Positions 35,601-48,530 are shown, numbered from the stretch's first letter. The stretch: DNA of 64,000 bases from Macrostomum hystrix (GCA_950097015.1 CATNEN010000001.1:16244001-16308000), one strand, 5' to 3'. Made by a program: numbers and translations. Notes: a model not told the origin generated them from the letters alone.

Positions 35601-37877
35601 ATAACAAAAGACTAGATATTTCAAATTGGCGCCATTGTCAACTGAATGATAACAAAAGACTAGATATTTCAAACTGGCGCCATTGTCAACTGAATGATAA
35701 CAAAAGACTAGATATTTCAAATTGGCGCCATTGTCAACTGAATGATAACAAAAGACTAGATATTTCAAACTGGCGCCATTGTCAACTGAATGATAACAAA
35801 AGACTAGATATTTCAAACTGGCGCCATGCATTGTCAACTGAATGATAACAAAAGACTAGATATTTCAAATTGGCGCCATGCATTGTCAACTGAATGATAA
35901 CAAAAGACTAGATATTTCAAACTGGCGCCATTGTCAACTGAATGATAACAAAAGACTAGATATTTCAAACTGGCGCCATTGTCAACTGAATGATAACAAA
36001 AGACTAGATATTTCAAATTGGCGCCATTGTCAACTGAATGATAACAAAAGACTAGATATTTCAAACTGGCGCCATTGTCAACTGAATGATAACAAAAGAC
36101 TAGATATTTCAAATTGGCGCCATTGTCAACTGAATGATAACAAAAGACTAGATATTTCAAACTGGCGCCATTGTCAACTGAATGATAACAAAAGACTAGA
36201 TATTTCAAACTGGCGCCATGCATTGTCAACTGAATGATAACAAAAGACTAGATATTTCAAACTGGCGCCATTGTCAACTGAATGATAACAAAAGACTAGA
36301 TATTTCAAACTGGCGCCATTGTCAACTGAATGATAACAAAAGACTAGATATTTCAAATTGGCGCCATTGTCAACTGAATGATAACAAAAGACTAGATATT
36401 TCAAACTGGCGCCATTGTCAACTGAATGATAACAAAAGACTAGATATTTCAAATTGGCGCCATTGTCAACTGAATGATAACAAAAGACTAGATATTTCAA
36501 ACTGGCGCCATTGTCAACTGAATGATAACAAAAGACTAGATATTTCAAACTGGCGCCATTGTCAACTGAATGATAACAAAAGACTAGATATTTCAAATTG
36601 GCGCCATTGTCAACTGAATGATAACAAAAGACTAGATATTTCAAACTGGCGCCATTGTCAACTGAATGATAACAAAAGACTAGATATTTCAAACTGGCGC
36701 CATTGTCAACTGAATGATAACAAAAGACTAGATATTTCAAATTGGCGCCATTGTCAACTGAATGATAACAAAAGACTAGATATTTCAAACTGGCGCCATT
36801 GTCAACTGAATGATAACAAAAGACTAGATATTTCAAATTGGCGCCATTGTCAACTGAATGATAACAAAAGACTAGATATTTCAAACTGGCGCCATTGTCA
36901 ACTGAATGATAACAAAAGACTAGATATTTTCACGCTATATTATTTAAGAAATTTACGAGCTAGAATCTAGGAAATGTGTTCGTCAGAATCTTAAAAACAC
37001 TTAAATGAAAACAATTCTGTAGAGATTTTCTATCCAGACTTTAAATATAAATTATTTTGCTATCTGAAAAATTTAATCGAAAAAAAATCAAAATGAATGG
37101 CTTTGAAAAGTCGAGTCGTCTCAAAGCATTGAGTAAAAGCCCAAGAATGGTGCGGGTAGTGAAAAGAGAAGAACTCGTGTTGCGTAGGTGAGGGCCATTT
37201 TAAAAAGAGTGACACTGCGAAGAGAGTGGCATTATATAGAGAGTGACGCAGTGAAGAGACAGTGATATTGTAAACTGAGTGAAATTGTGAGGACAGTGAC
37301 ATTGTGAAGATCTTCCACTCTCCTATCTCCCGTCTCCCACTCTCACTCTCCCATCTTCCATTCTCCCATCTCCCTCTCTCCCATCTCCCACTCTCCAGTG
37401 ACATTTGTAAAGAGAGAGAGAGTGACATTGTTAAAAGAGAGAGAGTGACATTGTTAAAAGAGAGAGTGACATTGTTAAAAGAGAGAGAGTGACATTGTTA
37501 AAAGAGAGCTCGTGGCATTGTGAAAGTGAATTGGTGAGCTTTAAAGAGAGAGTGACATCAATGGCAGCAGCAGGCAATGCTCCAGCCAGGCCTTACCTGT
37601 GATGGTTATCATAGTTCTCGAGTAGCACGTGAGCAATCTGCTCGATGGTCAGATTTTCGGAGATTCTCAGCGGCACAGTGGGATCTCGGGGCCGGGACGG
37701 CGCCGGGGCAGAGTCGGCAGATTTGAATCGATCAACAACGACTGTGGACTTTCTGCCGGAACTCCTGCCTAGTCGTAGGGCTTGCGGCGGCTGGGCTGAG
37801 CAGTATGCTGCTGCTAGAAGCAGCCACAGCACCGGCAGCAACTGGCTGAGCTGGCACAGTTTCACCTTAGTGCTCAT
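23673..37877 (-). CDS. Cys-loop ligand-gated chloride channel subunit (GluCl/glycine-receptor-like), 5 exons (37877-37597, 30651-30321, 28137-27742, 24654-about 24422, 24030-23673)
   Basis: Signal peptide; IWIPDLFF loop A; Cys loop CPMQLWNFPMDTQFC across the exon 2/3 junction; second Cys pair in loop C; anion-selective PAR motif (AVPARITLG); M3 YIKAIDAW; M4 FNLVYW. Phases are consistent; the exon 4 donor is weak. Confidence 0.93.
24238..24297 (-). repeat. Short tRNA-related interspersed repeat (second family)
   Basis: Minus strand TTAAAGC...GTGTCGGACA...GGTTCGATTCCTGACTCC (B-box) shares these blocks with 61103-61175. Confidence 0.45.
26010..26920. repeat. Intronic minisatellite, 19-20-bp unit TCAGTTTCTGAAGGTGTCC(T), about 45 copies
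   Basis: Direct tandem array. Confidence 0.95.
27345..27725. repeat. Intronic minisatellite, 23-bp unit TCTAACAGGCACCCACTGCCATG decaying into a 14-bp unit
   Basis: Tandem array ending about 15 bp from the exon 3 donor. Confidence 0.9.
28195..28905. repeat. Intronic minisatellite, about 22-bp unit CCTAAACCTCCTAAATCCCGGA
   Basis: Degenerate tandem array. Confidence 0.9.
29425..30110. repeat. Adjacent minisatellites: 14-bp TCACTCTCTCCTCA, then 22-bp CTAATCCTCCATTCTCCCCTCC
   Basis: Tandem arrays, switching at about 29880. Confidence 0.9.
30131..30280 (+). mobile_element. Truncated, internally deleted copy of the tRNA-derived SINE
   Basis: Shares AGAAGGCTTGGGGGCTTGTCGTGCAATTTACGCCCTTGAGGGC and CCTCCTCGCTGGCTGCGGGTCTAGTGTCACCAAATGATG with the copies at 58.4 and 63.2 kb. 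Confidence 0.8.
30880..31400. repeat. Intronic minisatellite, 20-bp CTACCCAATTCTACCCCTCT
   Basis: Tandem array built from paired 10-mers. Confidence 0.95.
32085..32370. repeat. Intronic minisatellite, about 22-25-bp AGGAATGGGATTTCATAGAAT(AT)T
   Basis: Tandem array. Confidence 0.9.
33160..35110. repeat. About 1.95-kb polypyrimidine satellite (CTCCCAT/CTCCCACT/CTCCCTCT units)
   Basis: Almost G-free on the plus strand; source of many spurious ORFs. Confidence 0.95.
35524..36930. repeat. 48-bp satellite, about 29 near-identical copies
   Basis: TTTCAAA(C/T)TGGCGCCATTGTCAACTGAATGATAACAAAAGACTAGATA; three units carry a 4-bp insertion. Confidence 0.95.
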
Positions 37878-39663
37878 TTGAGTACTTAGCCAACTCTCAA
37901 CTTCAGCTCAAAGAAGAACTGCCGGCTTGTATTTGACTTGAGAATTTGTACGGGACAGTTCCTAATCGCACATTATAACCCCGAATAGCCAACCAATAGT
38001 CAACCAATGAGAGGCGAGCGCTTATCCTATTGGATGCAGGAGCCTTGGCTGATCCCTATTGATTCAGGATTCGATTTGGAGAAACCAATGAATGTGAGAT
38101 TTAGGATCAGAGAATAAGGAACTGGGATTTGGGATTTGGGAATTGGGTAAAAAAATTGGGATGTGGATTTAGAATCCGTCATAGGATTTAAGATTAGGGA
38201 TAGGCGTTTATGATATTGGAAGGGATTTAGGATAGGGATTGAGATCTGGTTACGGATTTAGATAGGCGATTTAGATGGATTTAAGATCAAGGATGGGAAT
38301 TTTACATACTACTATTTTTCAAGTCGCTGACTAGAATAAAAAATAACTAAAAAGTTGACGACTTTTCTACTGAAACAAAAGTTTTGTATGAGAAAAGATA
38401 ATGAAAGTATTTCTTTTGCATATATTTACAATTTTCTTTAATTCTTTTTAAAAATGATTTGTTGATTTTTTCTGTAAAAAATAATTTCGCATGCTCTCAC
38501 ATAGTACTGACAAGCACTAAGTAGTATGAATCACGAGAGTCAATTATTATTTGCAGGAAAAATGTTATTATTTGCTTGGAAAACGATGTGAATGGGGTTA
38601 AAAGTTTTGAGTAGATTTTGAGTTTTGAGTTTGAGTTCACTACAGAAATTTTACGCAATTGTTTAGTAGAGTTATAATAGCCAGACTTTAGCATTTTGTT
38701 ATATTTTTAAGAGCCATTGTTACCAAAATGATTCTATTAGAGATTAATCAATTTTGCAAATCTGATTCTGATTAAGAAACAACAGTTTGTTATTAGTTTC
38801 CATGGCAGCAAAATCACTTAGCCAAACAGGCCAGCAATTTGTGCCGCTGTGGCTGCGGGCTGTCCCTGCCTCGCGATACCAGCGGCAAACCTGCGACACG
38901 AGTTTGCAACAAACAAGCATCAAATATAATTGTGCAATTAACAGTAGTGAAAAACGACATAAAAAAACACGACAGGATTCATTAAAAAAACAAAGGGCGG
39001 AAATATTTTTCTTGTTCTGGAATAAGACAATGAGCTTTCTTCCAATGTTCTAAATAAATTATCCACGAATTAAAACAGAAACTGTTTCTTGTCTGGTCGA
39101 ACAAAATCATCTTGATTGACAGTTAAAACACTGATTTGTTACTTTCTTCTGTTTCAGTCTAGGCTGCATTGTTAAACTCGCGATAGCCGGACTCTGGCCT
39201 CGAACCATGGCTGGCCAAGCCTAAAATTGAAATCGATTTCACTCTGTTAAAATAGTGCGTCACAAATGCTATTCACACTACTAATTAATGGTCATTCTGT
39301 AAGTAGTATGCAAGCGAAATGTGTTTTTAAGGTGGAAATTTGTTTGAATAATCGCTTGAACAAAAAATATAAACTATGCTAAAGAACTTAAGAAGCAAGG
39401 ATTGATTTTAAAGAGGGACAAAAGAGAAGAGGAGACACAAAACACAATTAATGAACGACAACTAGCAGCTTAGTTTGCATTCGACAAAACAAGACAGGGA
39501 CAAGCCAGACAAGTCGACACTTGAATATAAAAAGTATTTTGTGTATAAATTAATTCATTGTAGAGCACATAAGACTTCCACGGAACAAATATATATGTAT
39601 TCTTATGCGTATGATCTGTAGCAATCGATAGTTAAATATGTGTATAAATATACTCTAAGGGTT

Positions 39664-42400
39664 CTAAGCTTGGGCATCGCCCTGCAGCAAAGGACTCGAA
39701 TCCTCGCTGGCGGCCCTCTGGCCTCGAGATCCCAGCAGCCCTGCATTATTTGTTGATAATTTGCTTTTCCACTTAGGAATGGGTTGTTGGGGTCTGAGGC
39801 GAGTCTACATGGTGGGGAATGGGTGGTTGGGGTCTGACGCGAGTGTACATGGTGGGGAATGGGTGGTTGGGGTCTGAGGCGAGTGTACATGGTGGGGAAT
39901 GGGTGGTTGGGGTCTGAGGCGAGTGTACATGGTGGGGAATGGGTGGTTGGGGTCTGACGCGAGTGTACAAGGTGGGGAATGGGTGGTTGGGGTCTGACGC
40001 GAGTGTACATGGTGGGGAATGGGTGGTTGGGGTCTGAGGCGAGTGTACATGGTGGGGAATGGGTGGTTGGGGTCTGAGGCGAGTGTACATGGTGGGGAAT
40101 GGGTGGTTGGGGTCTGACGCGAGTGTACAAGGTGGGGAATGGGTGGTTGGGGTCTGACGCGAGTGTACATGGTGGGGAATGGGTGGTTGGGGTCTGAGGC
40201 GAGTGTACATGGTGGGGAATGGGTGGTTGGGGTCTGACGCGAGTGTACAAGGTGGGGAATGGGTGGTTGGGGTCTGACGCGAGTGTACATGGTGGGGAAT
40301 GGGTGGTTGGGGTCTGACGCGAGTATAAGTGTTAAATATAATTTCCAGACCGCTAGAAGCTGTTTAAATTATCATGTCTAGCTCATATAATTGAGTCAGC
40401 AGAAAAAATGGATACATTATATTTGGATTACGCACCATATTTGGACCGGATCTCGTCATATTTTTTCTCGCGTTCATTGCGTCTAAAATAAAAAATGGGT
40501 AAAGACGAATTCAAAATAATGCACTTGCTATGTTTTTTCAATTATATTATAAACTTTTGAGCACATCAGACACTCACCGCTCGGCGTGTCTGGCCTCACG
40601 CTCGACCCTGTCCTGCTCAAACTTGGCATTCTCAGCCAGGGTACTAAAATAACAAATCATAGATTATAAAATAATAATGATTTTTAAACACCTATTTTAA
40701 ATTGAACAAACAGTTAAAAATATTTCCTCACCGGCGGCTGGGCCCAGACTTGCCCCTGCAGCAGCAGCAATAGATGCAGCACGGCACGACCACAATGATG
40801 ACAAAAGCTAGCACACTCATGCAGATAATCAGTGCCAGGAAGTTGACAAGGCAGGTGCCCCAGCGGGCATCATTCAGCGGACAGTCTCCTGGGCCTGGAA
40901 TGAGGTGGCCCACTGGGTAGGGCTTGCACTTGTGGTCAGAGAAGCAGTACATGCACTGCAATGGGGTGGGTGCTTACATTGAAATTTACAGTAGCGAGAA
41001 AAAATATAATTACCTGTTGATAATTAACACGATGGAATCATTATTTTAGTAATTACTCACGGGTGCATTTCGGACACAATTCTGGCAGTTATCATTGCTA
41101 GCTGTGCCACTGAACTGAGTGCAGTCTGTAAAATAATATAAGTGCATTGATGGGTAAGGTTGAGATCAATATTGGAGCTCTATTTAATAGTAGGCTTTCA
41201 TATTACAAAAAAATGCATAAACTAGAAACCTATACATTTGGATTTTGAAGGAAGTAAATTATTTCATTGAACCAAAATGTTTTAAATAAATTGTACATCA
41301 TATATCATAGCCTTGTCTCATATCACATTATTTGCTCAAGTGTTGTGCCTAGTAAAGAACAATATTTTTACAGACTTTTGTTTTACATTCCTTAAGCAGA
41401 CATTATATACTTTTATTTGCATATATAATATTTTAGCCTTAGATTTTGGTTTTCAATAACTGTAGATCAATAACCTTTTGCAGTATACTTCAGTAACTTC
41501 TGATATCACAGTAACTTCTGAGTTAAATATATATATAATTATTATAGAATTATATGTCCTCAGTTACAATTTGACAATGTGTTTTGTATTTTTGTCAAAT
41601 GGTCAAATAGCTTGATTTTAATATATTTTAGTGAATTAAGAATTGTGCCTAAGTGCAACACTGTCAGAAGTAAAAATTGAATTAAGTTGTAAGCTAAAAA
41701 ACTTCAAAAATATCAATACAAACAGTATCTATGTTTAACCATTAATTTTGCACAAAGCTAAGAACTTGGAGCAATTTGTTTAGCAGATTTGATCTAGTGT
41801 ATTTAACATAAAGAAACTCTTTGTAAATTTTTCAGCTTCTGGTTATTAATTCTTTTGACAATTTTCTAGATCTTTCCAGCCTTTGCCAGTATAGCTATAC
41901 TTGTCATACAGCACCAAACTGTATTTTTGCTGCAACCAATCTTCATAAAAAAGCTTTTTTCTGTGCGACCTGGACATCAACCGCCATGGGTTTGATGGTT
42001 TGATGCCTGATGTTGACAAAACAATTCAGCAGTGGATAGCCAAATCTGGAGGCCTTCTTAATTTATGAACCTGCTGGAATTCATTTAGTACTATGCTTTT
42101 CAACAAACTATTTCAACAAACTAGGCCTATATTTTGAATTTTTTGGCTTTATTGTAATAAAAACATACTGATTTAGATATATCTTTCTTGACAAGTGAAC
42201 TTAGAAATTAGAAATTAATATTCTATTAATTTGTGTCTACAAGTAACAACACAGCAACATCATAGTTCATAATCATACAAATATTTACATTAGATTAAAC
42301 TTTCTGCATAGCATGACTTACCAATATTAGTGGAATTCTCTCCGACAGCAGCTGCTACAAAGCAGCAAAGCAGCAGACTCACGAATATTTTTGAAATCAT
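39664..42400 (-). CDS. PTTG1IP: PTTG1IP-like single-pass membrane protein (PSI domain), 6 exons (42400-42322, 41125-41061, 40955-40732, 40643-40578, 40482-40436, 39740-39664)
   Basis: Signal peptide; Cys-rich PSI-like domain (CQNCV...CMYC...CKPYP...ARWGTCLVNF); TM helix followed by CCCC; coiled tail ending YDEIRSKYGLL...EDSSPLL. All phases are consistent. Confidence 0.85.
39776..40324. repeat. 40-bp G-rich minisatellite (about 13.5 copies) in the last PTTG1IP intron
   Basis: GAGTGTACATGGTGGGGAATGGGTGGTTGGGGTCTGA(C/G)GC. Confidence 0.95.
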
Positions 42401-43165
42401 TGTCTTTAAGAAGTAAACTTCTGAAGTAAGAAGATAAATTAAACAGTTCCAAGACAAGTCTCTTCCGAGTGGTCGTAAATTGAAAATTTACTTTAAATTA
42501 AACACGTGCGACTTGTAAACAATACGTAATATTAAAACTAAATTTTATCAAATAAAAGAAAGTTAAAAACGTTAATAATAAAGTTAACATTCTTTGGACG
42601 CTTATTATTATTATTATTGATTACTGTCGATGGCTTTATTAGGGTTAGCTTACCGCTTTTGAATCATTCCTACTTTTAAGATATTCACCCAATATTCACC
42701 GCATATAATATTCAGATGCATATACGAGCTATTTCTCATTATTTAAAGTTCCTCATTATTTAAAATAATATTACAGTTTTTAGTTTTTAGTTAGATGAAA
42801 TGTTGTTGTCTTTAAAAAGCTCAATAAAATAGAAAAGCTACACGAATTCTAGGCTGAAATGTTGCATTTTTTCGCATATACATATTTATTCTGCATCTTA
42901 TTGTCACTCAAATGTGACAAAGCGTGTCTTGCATTTATTTCGGGAATGAAGCATATCCAAATTGACAAGCGAAAATTGCTGTAATACAAATTTAAAAATG
43001 CATGCTTCGTTGAGCAGGCTGTGGAAAAAAATATTGGAAGGCTTTAGAACTCATTTAATGCTGTGTTTTATAACACTGAGCTGAAGAATTCCTGAAAAAA
43101 CACTGGTGTGATATAGCTCTAGCTAAATTCCCAACTCCAGCTGGGGTTGGTTGAAATCTAAAAGC

Positions 43166-44162
43166 ATGCGGATATTATATTTTCTATCGGTAATTAACTT
43201 CCTCCATTCTGTGATTTTCGTGACGCCAATTACCGCCGGCAACTCCATAGTCACATGGAGAGCCATCCATGAAGACCTGACAGAGTACCGGCTGATCAAG
43301 AGCTCCTTGGCTGAGGATTCCTTCCAGTGCGTTCGCCAGGCTTCAGAAGGGACTCAGGCGGTCTGGTATTCTAGTCTCAACCAGAGCTGCCAGCAGTTTG
43401 TTTGTAACCGGGGCACGAACGGATGCAGAAAGTGCCGACATGCGGCTGCTGACCTTGTTGACAACGTAATCAAGCAGGTTTGGGTGAGCAGCTTCTCAAT
43501 CAAATCAATTCAAATATAAGCCAAAATTACAAAGCTAGATATCTTTTCGCGCGTAGGTGAGAGCGCAGCCGTCAGGCCAGGTGAGGTGCTGGAAGACATT
43601 CCAGCACCGAGTGAGTTCCAATCTGAGCTTCTACCGCAACTGGTCCCAGTACGCGCGCGGGTTTGGCGACGATGAGGCCGACAACTTCTGGCTGGGTCTC
43701 GACACCCTGCACCAGCTGACAGCAGACGGTGGCCGAAGAGTTCGCTGGGAGCTGAGCGACTGGGACGGCAAGTGGTACTGGACCGAGAGCCTCAACTTTA
43801 GCGTTGCCGGAGCCCCTGACAAGTTTCGAGCTTCAATCGGCAACATGGACTCCGGCAGCTCCAGTATCGGCCAGGCATTCAAAGTTAGCAATGTCGGCAT
43901 CCAGGGAAACAGATTCTCCACACCAGAGAGCGACAACGACAATAGCCCCGCGAACTGCGCTTCAGAGCGACATGGGGGCTGGTGGTTCGGCTACTGTGGC
44001 TACTTCAACCCCAACGGACTGTACCGTTATCCGCCCGAAGCGCTTCATGTGTCCAGCCCTCCGGTTCCGATGAGTTACACCTGCTCTGGCTGCCCGAGTC
44101 CTATCACTGGGTCTTATTCTCTGCAAACCATCGAGTGCCTGATTGAGTACGACATGGCCTGA
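43166..44162 (+). CDS. Secreted fibrinogen C-terminal domain protein (FReD/ficolin-like), 2 exons (43166-43477, 43557-44162), about 305 aa
   Basis: Signal peptide; Cys-rich N-terminal module; FReD motifs FQHR...FYRNWSQYARGFG...FWLGLDTLHQLT, FSTPESDND, GGWWF...NPNGLY; phase-0 intron. Confidence 0.9.
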
Positions 44163-44284
44163 GCTCTGTTAATCTAAAAGTTAATGCTCTTGTTTGACGA
44201 TGAATTTATCTATTGCGTCAACATTCTATTGCGTGAAATTCAGAGGTAGATTTAGCTAAAAGCTTTGTTAAAAACTTAACCCTA

Positions 44285-44325
44285 GCGTCACACCGCAGCG
44301 AAGCCGTCGCAATGCCCCGCCTAGT
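44285..44325 (+). mobile_element. Possible Helitron-like 3' terminus
   Basis: GC-rich CCGCAGCGAAGCCGTCGC followed by CTAG-T. No 5' end identified. Confidence 0.25.
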
Positions 44326-44564
44326 AAAGCAAATGAAAATAAAGCAAATGAAATAATGAATGCCAGGCACGATTCAGTTGCCATGCGTAACAGTTGAGAA
44401 TATATATTTCTTTTTTTTAATTTTACATTTAGTATAGACATAGAGATGACTTCGCGAAATGGATGTATGCTTATCTTAACTATGTGTCACAATCTCAAAT
44501 TAAAATAATTTTTACGAGGTGTATTTTGACCACAACAGTTTCCAGAGAAACCTGCGATCTAACA

Positions 44565-44768
44565 CAGACACACACATACACACAGAGATACACACACACA
44601 CCCGAATCTAACACACACACCCGAATCTAACACACACACCCGAATCTAACACACACCCGAATCTAACACACACCCGAATCTAACACACACCCGAATCTAA
44701 CACACACACACACACACCCGAATCTAACACACACACACACACACGAATCTAACACACACACACACACA
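44565..44768. repeat. (AC)n-CCGAATCTA compound microsatellite
   Basis: Tandem ACACACACCCGAATCTA variants. Confidence 0.9.
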
Positions 44769-46083
44769 TGAATGGCTTGAAAAAATACTAAATAAATACT
44801 TAAAGTAGCTGATTAGTACGCGAACTTGCACTGGCAGATCAGAGCTGATTTTAAAAGATCGAAGAAGAGTCGAGAATCGAATTATGAAGTTTGAGATTAA
44901 GAACGTACCACTTTTTAAAGTACCTCTTTTACAGCTTCCATTCTATAAATTTGATGAATTTGATGAAACAAAAACTGCTTAGTATCTAAGCCAGAGCCAT
45001 GCTAGAAGTCAAGGCTGCACTGAAGTCGGCGACCTCTCGGGGGCTTCCACGCCCAGTCTGCATGCAACAGGAGGCCCATCTACATCAGACTGACTTGTCT
45101 CTTAGAGAATGTCACTGCTGACACTATGCGAAGCTATGCGACACTATGATTGAGCTGCTGCACAATTTGCTGGTGCGAGCTGCTAGTAGATGGACTTCTG
45201 AGTCTGAACTAAAGGGTAAATCTCACCAAGCAGCATCGGAATTTGTCCTCTTAAAAAATTCTCGAAAAAAACACATGTAATAGCTCTAAAATATTTATTT
45301 CCATCAACAGAATGTAGTTTGCATACTAAAAGCACAAAATATTAAAGTCTTATGCTTGAAAATTACTTTTTGTTTTTCTGGAGAAACGTACATCACGACT
45401 GTTACAAATAAATTATAAATCGTCCTTTTAGCAGATATTATCGAATGGTATAACTAATTTGCACTTAAAAAAGACTAACTAAACCTTTTTGTTGCTGAAG
45501 TATTTTTTGATTACTAGTTTTTTTGTTTTTCTCCTTGATCTATGGACTCAATATTATTTAACGTTGGTAGTTCGCACAAGCTAATTATGGCTTACATCTT
45601 AATTATAGCTATTGTAATGAAATAATTCGTCTATTTTAAATTGTTAGTAAAATCAAAATATTTATTGTATACTGTTATTACAACTAAATTTATGCTAATC
45701 ATCTTCTCATATAACCGGTATTTTCGTACGGATGTTTGTATTAATTATGTATTTAGTATTTGTTAAATCTACGCTTGACAAGTTAAATATAAAGTGACAC
45801 CAGTTGCAACCGGTTTTCTGACCCGCGCGCGCGCATCGGGATTAGCCACTAAGTTTAGTTAATTAGAATATTCGAACATTAGATTATAATTAATATAACC
45901 ACCTTTAACTAATCTTGCTCTATATTGTAAGCGCGTGCGTCAGCAAAGCGGCGTAATTTATATAACAGAAGTAGGCCCTATCACTAATTATATTACTAAT
46001 TATACTACATTAAGCTGCAGCCCTTCAAAACGATTTACAATTCATTTTAAATGGCGACCACCGATTAATAAATTCATTACAAA

Positions 46084-46101
46084 TGGCGACCACGCCAGGA
46101 C
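46084..46101 (+). other. Primer binding site, probably tRNA-Arg
   Basis: TGGCGACCACGCCAGGAC two bases after the 5' LTR, complementary to a ...GTGGTCG-CCA tRNA end. Confidence 0.75.
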
Positions 46102-46485
46102 CATACTCTAAATGTTAGACTCTGCTGGAATCTATTAGCTATTTTAATATAATCTGGATTCATATTAATTTACTTTGTGTAGTTTTGAGTAATCTCTTCT
46201 CTGATATCGAAATTTGTTAATATCTACATACACTTTATCTGTATTTTCTGGTTATATATTGTCTCACTAAATCTCAGTTAGTCTAGAGCTAGTCTCTTGA
46301 TTGTTGGCCCTATTGCATGTTGCAACTACAGTTTAACTAGGCCTAGATCTCATTAATGACTTATTTCTCCTTTGGTATTTACCTAATAATTTATTTTGTT
46401 TCAAACTACATTTCAAACTCAAACTAGTAATATTGGTCTTAATAGGTTAAGTTAAATAAGATCTTAGCTTAACATTTCATTTGTG

Positions 46486-47805
46486 ATGTCTCAACACTTA
46501 ATGGACACAATTGAATTAAGAAATTGATCAGTTCAGAGAGCACCTGTGCCAATTCAATCCAACCCTTGGCCAGGCCAATCTGGTGACTTCCAGTCAAACC
46601 CAAATGCAGACTATTCATTCTTTAACCCACCAGAACAAATCAATAGAACTGAACCAACAATACAAACAAATCCTTTCCATATAGATTATGGTCATAGAGA
46701 ACCATACGTTCCATCATCATCTGCACAAGAAAATATGAGAGTTCAAGAGTGGATAAACCACAATCCATCAAGAAGCACTAATCCATTTTTAGATGAAGCA
46801 TCATGTATTGCCGATTCAGAGCCAACCAATGCTACCAATCCTAGCCTTTTCTTAGGCCCAGTGCCTCAAGTTTTTCAAGCACAAAAGCACACTAGCATTG
46901 AGCCTATGCCAACATCTTACCAGATTCCTCCTGTGCCTAAGCCAGCACCATTTAATGGCAAGGAAGACTTTTCTGATTTCATTGCTAGAATCGATAATTA
47001 TCTTTGCAGATTCCCTAGCTTGACTGATGCTATCAAAATTCAAACACTTGTTGCTTTCTTAGGTCCAGTCTTTAGTTCTTATAGAGCCTGGTTGACACAT
47101 GCATGTGCATCAGCAGGTATGCCTCTAGGTACACCTCTTGAACAACTGCCAAATGCTACCTATGACTTATGTGTGCAATTTTTAAAGAGTAGACAAGGTG
47201 AGAAAACTAGTATTGTTCTTAGAAGAGAAGTTCGGACCCTAACTAGGAAGCCTAATGAAACATTTGAGCAATTCTTGACAAACTTACAAAATCTAGCCAT
47301 TCAAGCTTATCCAGAAAATGCCAATAGTGAAGTAGTCCAAACTATGGTGCTTGACCAATTTATTGCAGGTATTGGTGACTTAAAGGTAACAGAGTATTTG
47401 TCTAACCAATTGCACCTTGAGACACCAGAACAAGCTCTACAGCTGGCACAACAAGTTCGAGAGACACAGTTGCTACTTCAAAGTCAATCTACACATAGTG
47501 CACAAAGAAGCAATATAATAAGAAACACTAAGCCAATTTACCCACATATGGGAAGTCAGCAATGCAATTCAATAGACTCTCAATCCAACCACATGCAAGC
47601 AACTACTAAAACATCTGTAAATGCAAGGCCTTATCAACCAGCACTACTGAACCAGCCACAGCGCCAACTGCACCAGAGCAGGAACCAAGGTAAATGCTAT
47701 GGATGTGGTCAACATGGGCACATAAATAGGAATTGCCCAAACGCCAATCAGGCTGGATCACGGGGCAGATTCCAGCCAAGAGTGCCAACTGCCCCACCAC
47801 TGTAG
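46486..47805 (+). pseudogene. gag: gag (capsid + CCHC knuckle) with an in-frame stop at codon 14
   Basis: ATG at 46486, TGA at 46525-46527, then an open frame with KPAPFNGKEDFSDF and CYGCGQHGHINRNC. Confidence 0.85.
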
Positions 47806-48530
47806 CTGATCACCAAAAGCAAGGAGCTGGGGAAATCCTTAATGTAAATCTTGATTTTAATAATGCTATATATGTAAATGCAATTGTAGCGTCTAAAAAA
47901 ATACCTTGCCTAATAGACACAGGCTCTAGTGTCACAATCATTTCAGCTGATGTCCTTAATCAACCTAGACTAAATCTTATCAAGGCAGAAGTTCAGTTAA
48001 CAGTTGCCAATGGCGAAGAATTAAAGGTTTTAGGAAAGAAAAAAGTTACCTTTTCATTTGGCCAACTCAATTTAGCACATGAAGTATATGTGTGTAGCAA
48101 TATCCAGCACAATGTAATTATAGGTTTAGATTTCTTAAAGCAATTTGATGTTTCTATCCACCCAGCACAAGGTATTATTACTTTCAATGCTCATAACAAA
48201 TCAATTCCAACTCGGAAAACCATGGAAGTCCCAAGGTTTCAAGTCCTTGTTGTGGCCGAAACTACAACTGTGCCACCAGGCCAGACTCTTGATATTTCTA
48301 TTAGGTCAAAACTTCCTGATCAATCACTTGCTCCAGGCATTGTTGAATCAAATCACCATGTCCCAGGTCTCTTGCTTGCCAGAGGTATTCATCTAATAAA
48401 AAATTATGTCGCTATGGCCGAAATTAATGCAGATTTTATTTCAGATGCCCGACTGTGTTGCTATAAGCTACAAGTAAACTTTTGTTTGATTGCACTTTTT
48501 AATTTTCCATGCGTATGCGTTAATATTTAA
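47733..48530 (+). pseudogene. pol: Truncated pol: aspartic protease in the -1 frame; RT, RNase H and integrase absent
   Basis: LIDTGSSVTII...VANG...IIGLDFL; pol-like sequence is lost at about 48400. Confidence 0.85.

Noticed and set aside
35524-36930. CRISPR-like array, or a 250-aa repeat protein
   Set aside because: Units are contiguous with no unique spacers, there are no cas genes and the context is a eukaryotic intron; the ORFs arise from a 48-bp unit that is stop-free in some frames.
38115-38300. Interstitial telomere repeat
   Set aside because: Only degenerate GGGATT/TTAGG-like words, with no run of TTAGGG.
39664-40359. New intron created from the 40-bp array (GT in the first unit, AG unique to the last unit) with an extra exon at 40359-40319
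   Set aside because: A single splice from 40436 to 39740 restores the family motif KYGL and the same C-terminus, which is simpler.
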